A stretch of 64,000 bases of DNA. Source: an uncultured Gemmatimonadales bacterium. Lineage in GTDB: Bacteria > Gemmatimonadota > Gemmatimonadetes > Gemmatimonadales > Gemmatimonadaceae. The notes beneath the pieces are model-generated. The model was not told the DNA's origin. It searched no databases and saw only the letters and a program-made list of their open reading frames with translations. This document shows positions 63,209 to 64,000 of this stretch, one piece after another. The stretch covers positions 1 to 64,000 of the forward strand of contig CAWKNZ010000012.1 of the NCBI GenBank assembly GCA_963851265.1, written 5' to 3'. Each line of letters starts with the position of its first letter. The first letter of the stretch is position 1. The translations under genes and the position numbers were made by a program.

Positions 63209-63685
63209 CTACGGCGTCACCCGGGCGCGCTGCGGATCGTCGGCCGGATGCACGTAGGTCATCGCGAACGGCCCCGTCGCGCTCACCGCGACGACCGTCG
63301 CTCCCTGCGCGGCGGCATAATGGTGCATCCGCGCCGGTACGTCCCCCGCCTGCCCGCTCGTCATCGGGCGCGCGGTCGCGAGGTTGAGCGAGTCGCCCAT
63401 CCCGACGAGGAAGGTGCCGCGCCGCACGACCACGTGCTCGCTCGTCGGATGCGAGTGGGGCGGGATCCGGTAGCCGTCGGGAAGCGAGAGTTCGATGGTG
63501 AACGGGCCAGACTTGCTGGGATCACCTTTCAGGACGGCCATCTGCGCGCCGGCGGGGAACACCGGGGGGGCCGGTGTCCAGTGTCGGACGGGCATGCTGT
63601 CCTGCTTCGCCGCGGAGGGCTGCTGCGCTTGGACCGCCGACGCGGCGGCCAGTCCGACTACAGTGGTGACGAGTACCGGTCGCAT
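63209..63685 (-). CDS. Secreted cupin-domain protein (DUF4437-like)
   Basis: Signal peptide, AVLKGDP, PPHSHP..E..V..G, HHYA; GGAGA RBS. Confidence 0.85.
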   Translation of the reverse strand: MRPVLVTTVVGLAAASAVQAQQPSAAKQDSMPVRHWTPAPPVFPAGAQMAVLKGDPSKSGPFTIELSLPDGYRIPPHSHPTSEHVVVRRGTFLVGMGDSLNLATARPMTSGQAGDVPARMHHYAAAQGATVVAVSATGPFAMTYVHPADDPQRARVTP

Positions 63686-63906
63686 ACGCCGATCTCCATG
63701 AGTGGCGAGGCGCATAGGGAGCAACTGCGCCGGCCGAACATGGGGGCCCCATCCGCGGTTGGACAGGTCGCCAGACGTTGCGACGACGACTCGGGCGATC
63801 GGACGACGCTCGCGCGACGCGGTGTACCAGAGACTGCGCGTCAGATCGGGGCATTCAGCACGTATGCGCTGGTGACGGCGTCCGGTGTTCGACCGGCCGT
63901 GGCTCG

Positions 63907-64000
63907 TCAGACGCCGACAGGAGACGCCTGCTCGGTCGAGACATCGCGCGCGAACGAGCCGGTCCGGACGTCCCCGGCGCGTTCGTAGGTCGCGAGGATC
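63907..64000 (-). CDS. Possible 3' end of a gene entering from beyond the window
   Basis: Open frame ILATYERAGDVRTGSFARDVSTEQASPVGV* with plausible codon use. Confidence 0.35.
   Translation of the reverse strand, partial: ILATYERAGDVRTGSFARDVSTEQASPVGV

Overview
Very GC-rich bacterial DNA (roughly 75% or more by eye). The SusC/SusD pair, PEP-CTERM protein and expanded orphan histidine kinases suggest Gemmatimonadota (inference). About 46 plausible CDSs: nutrient uptake, peptidases, redox enzymes, a CzcCBA-like efflux operon behind a KdpDE-like pair, pncB, galM, three orphan sensor kinases and an MCP. I saw no rRNA, tRNA, CRISPR or transposase. Main signals: (1) the non-palindromic heptamer GCCTAAC/GTTAGGC occurs at least 30 times by manual count, on both strands and in several reading frames, often using otherwise avoided TTA codons, which points to a DNA-level genome-wide signal; (2) a candidate secondary-replicon origin at 41.8-45.4 kb, with a Rep-like initiator carrying a C-terminal DnaA-domain-I-like region, a divergent tandem winged-helix gene and an intergenic array of inverted GACGGTACGC repeats; (3) two solitary PD-(D/E)XK nuclease-like genes; (4) an apparently frameshifted esterase/serine-hydrolase fusion; (5) two divergent genes with overlapping start codons. 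All family calls come from motif recognition, not database searches.
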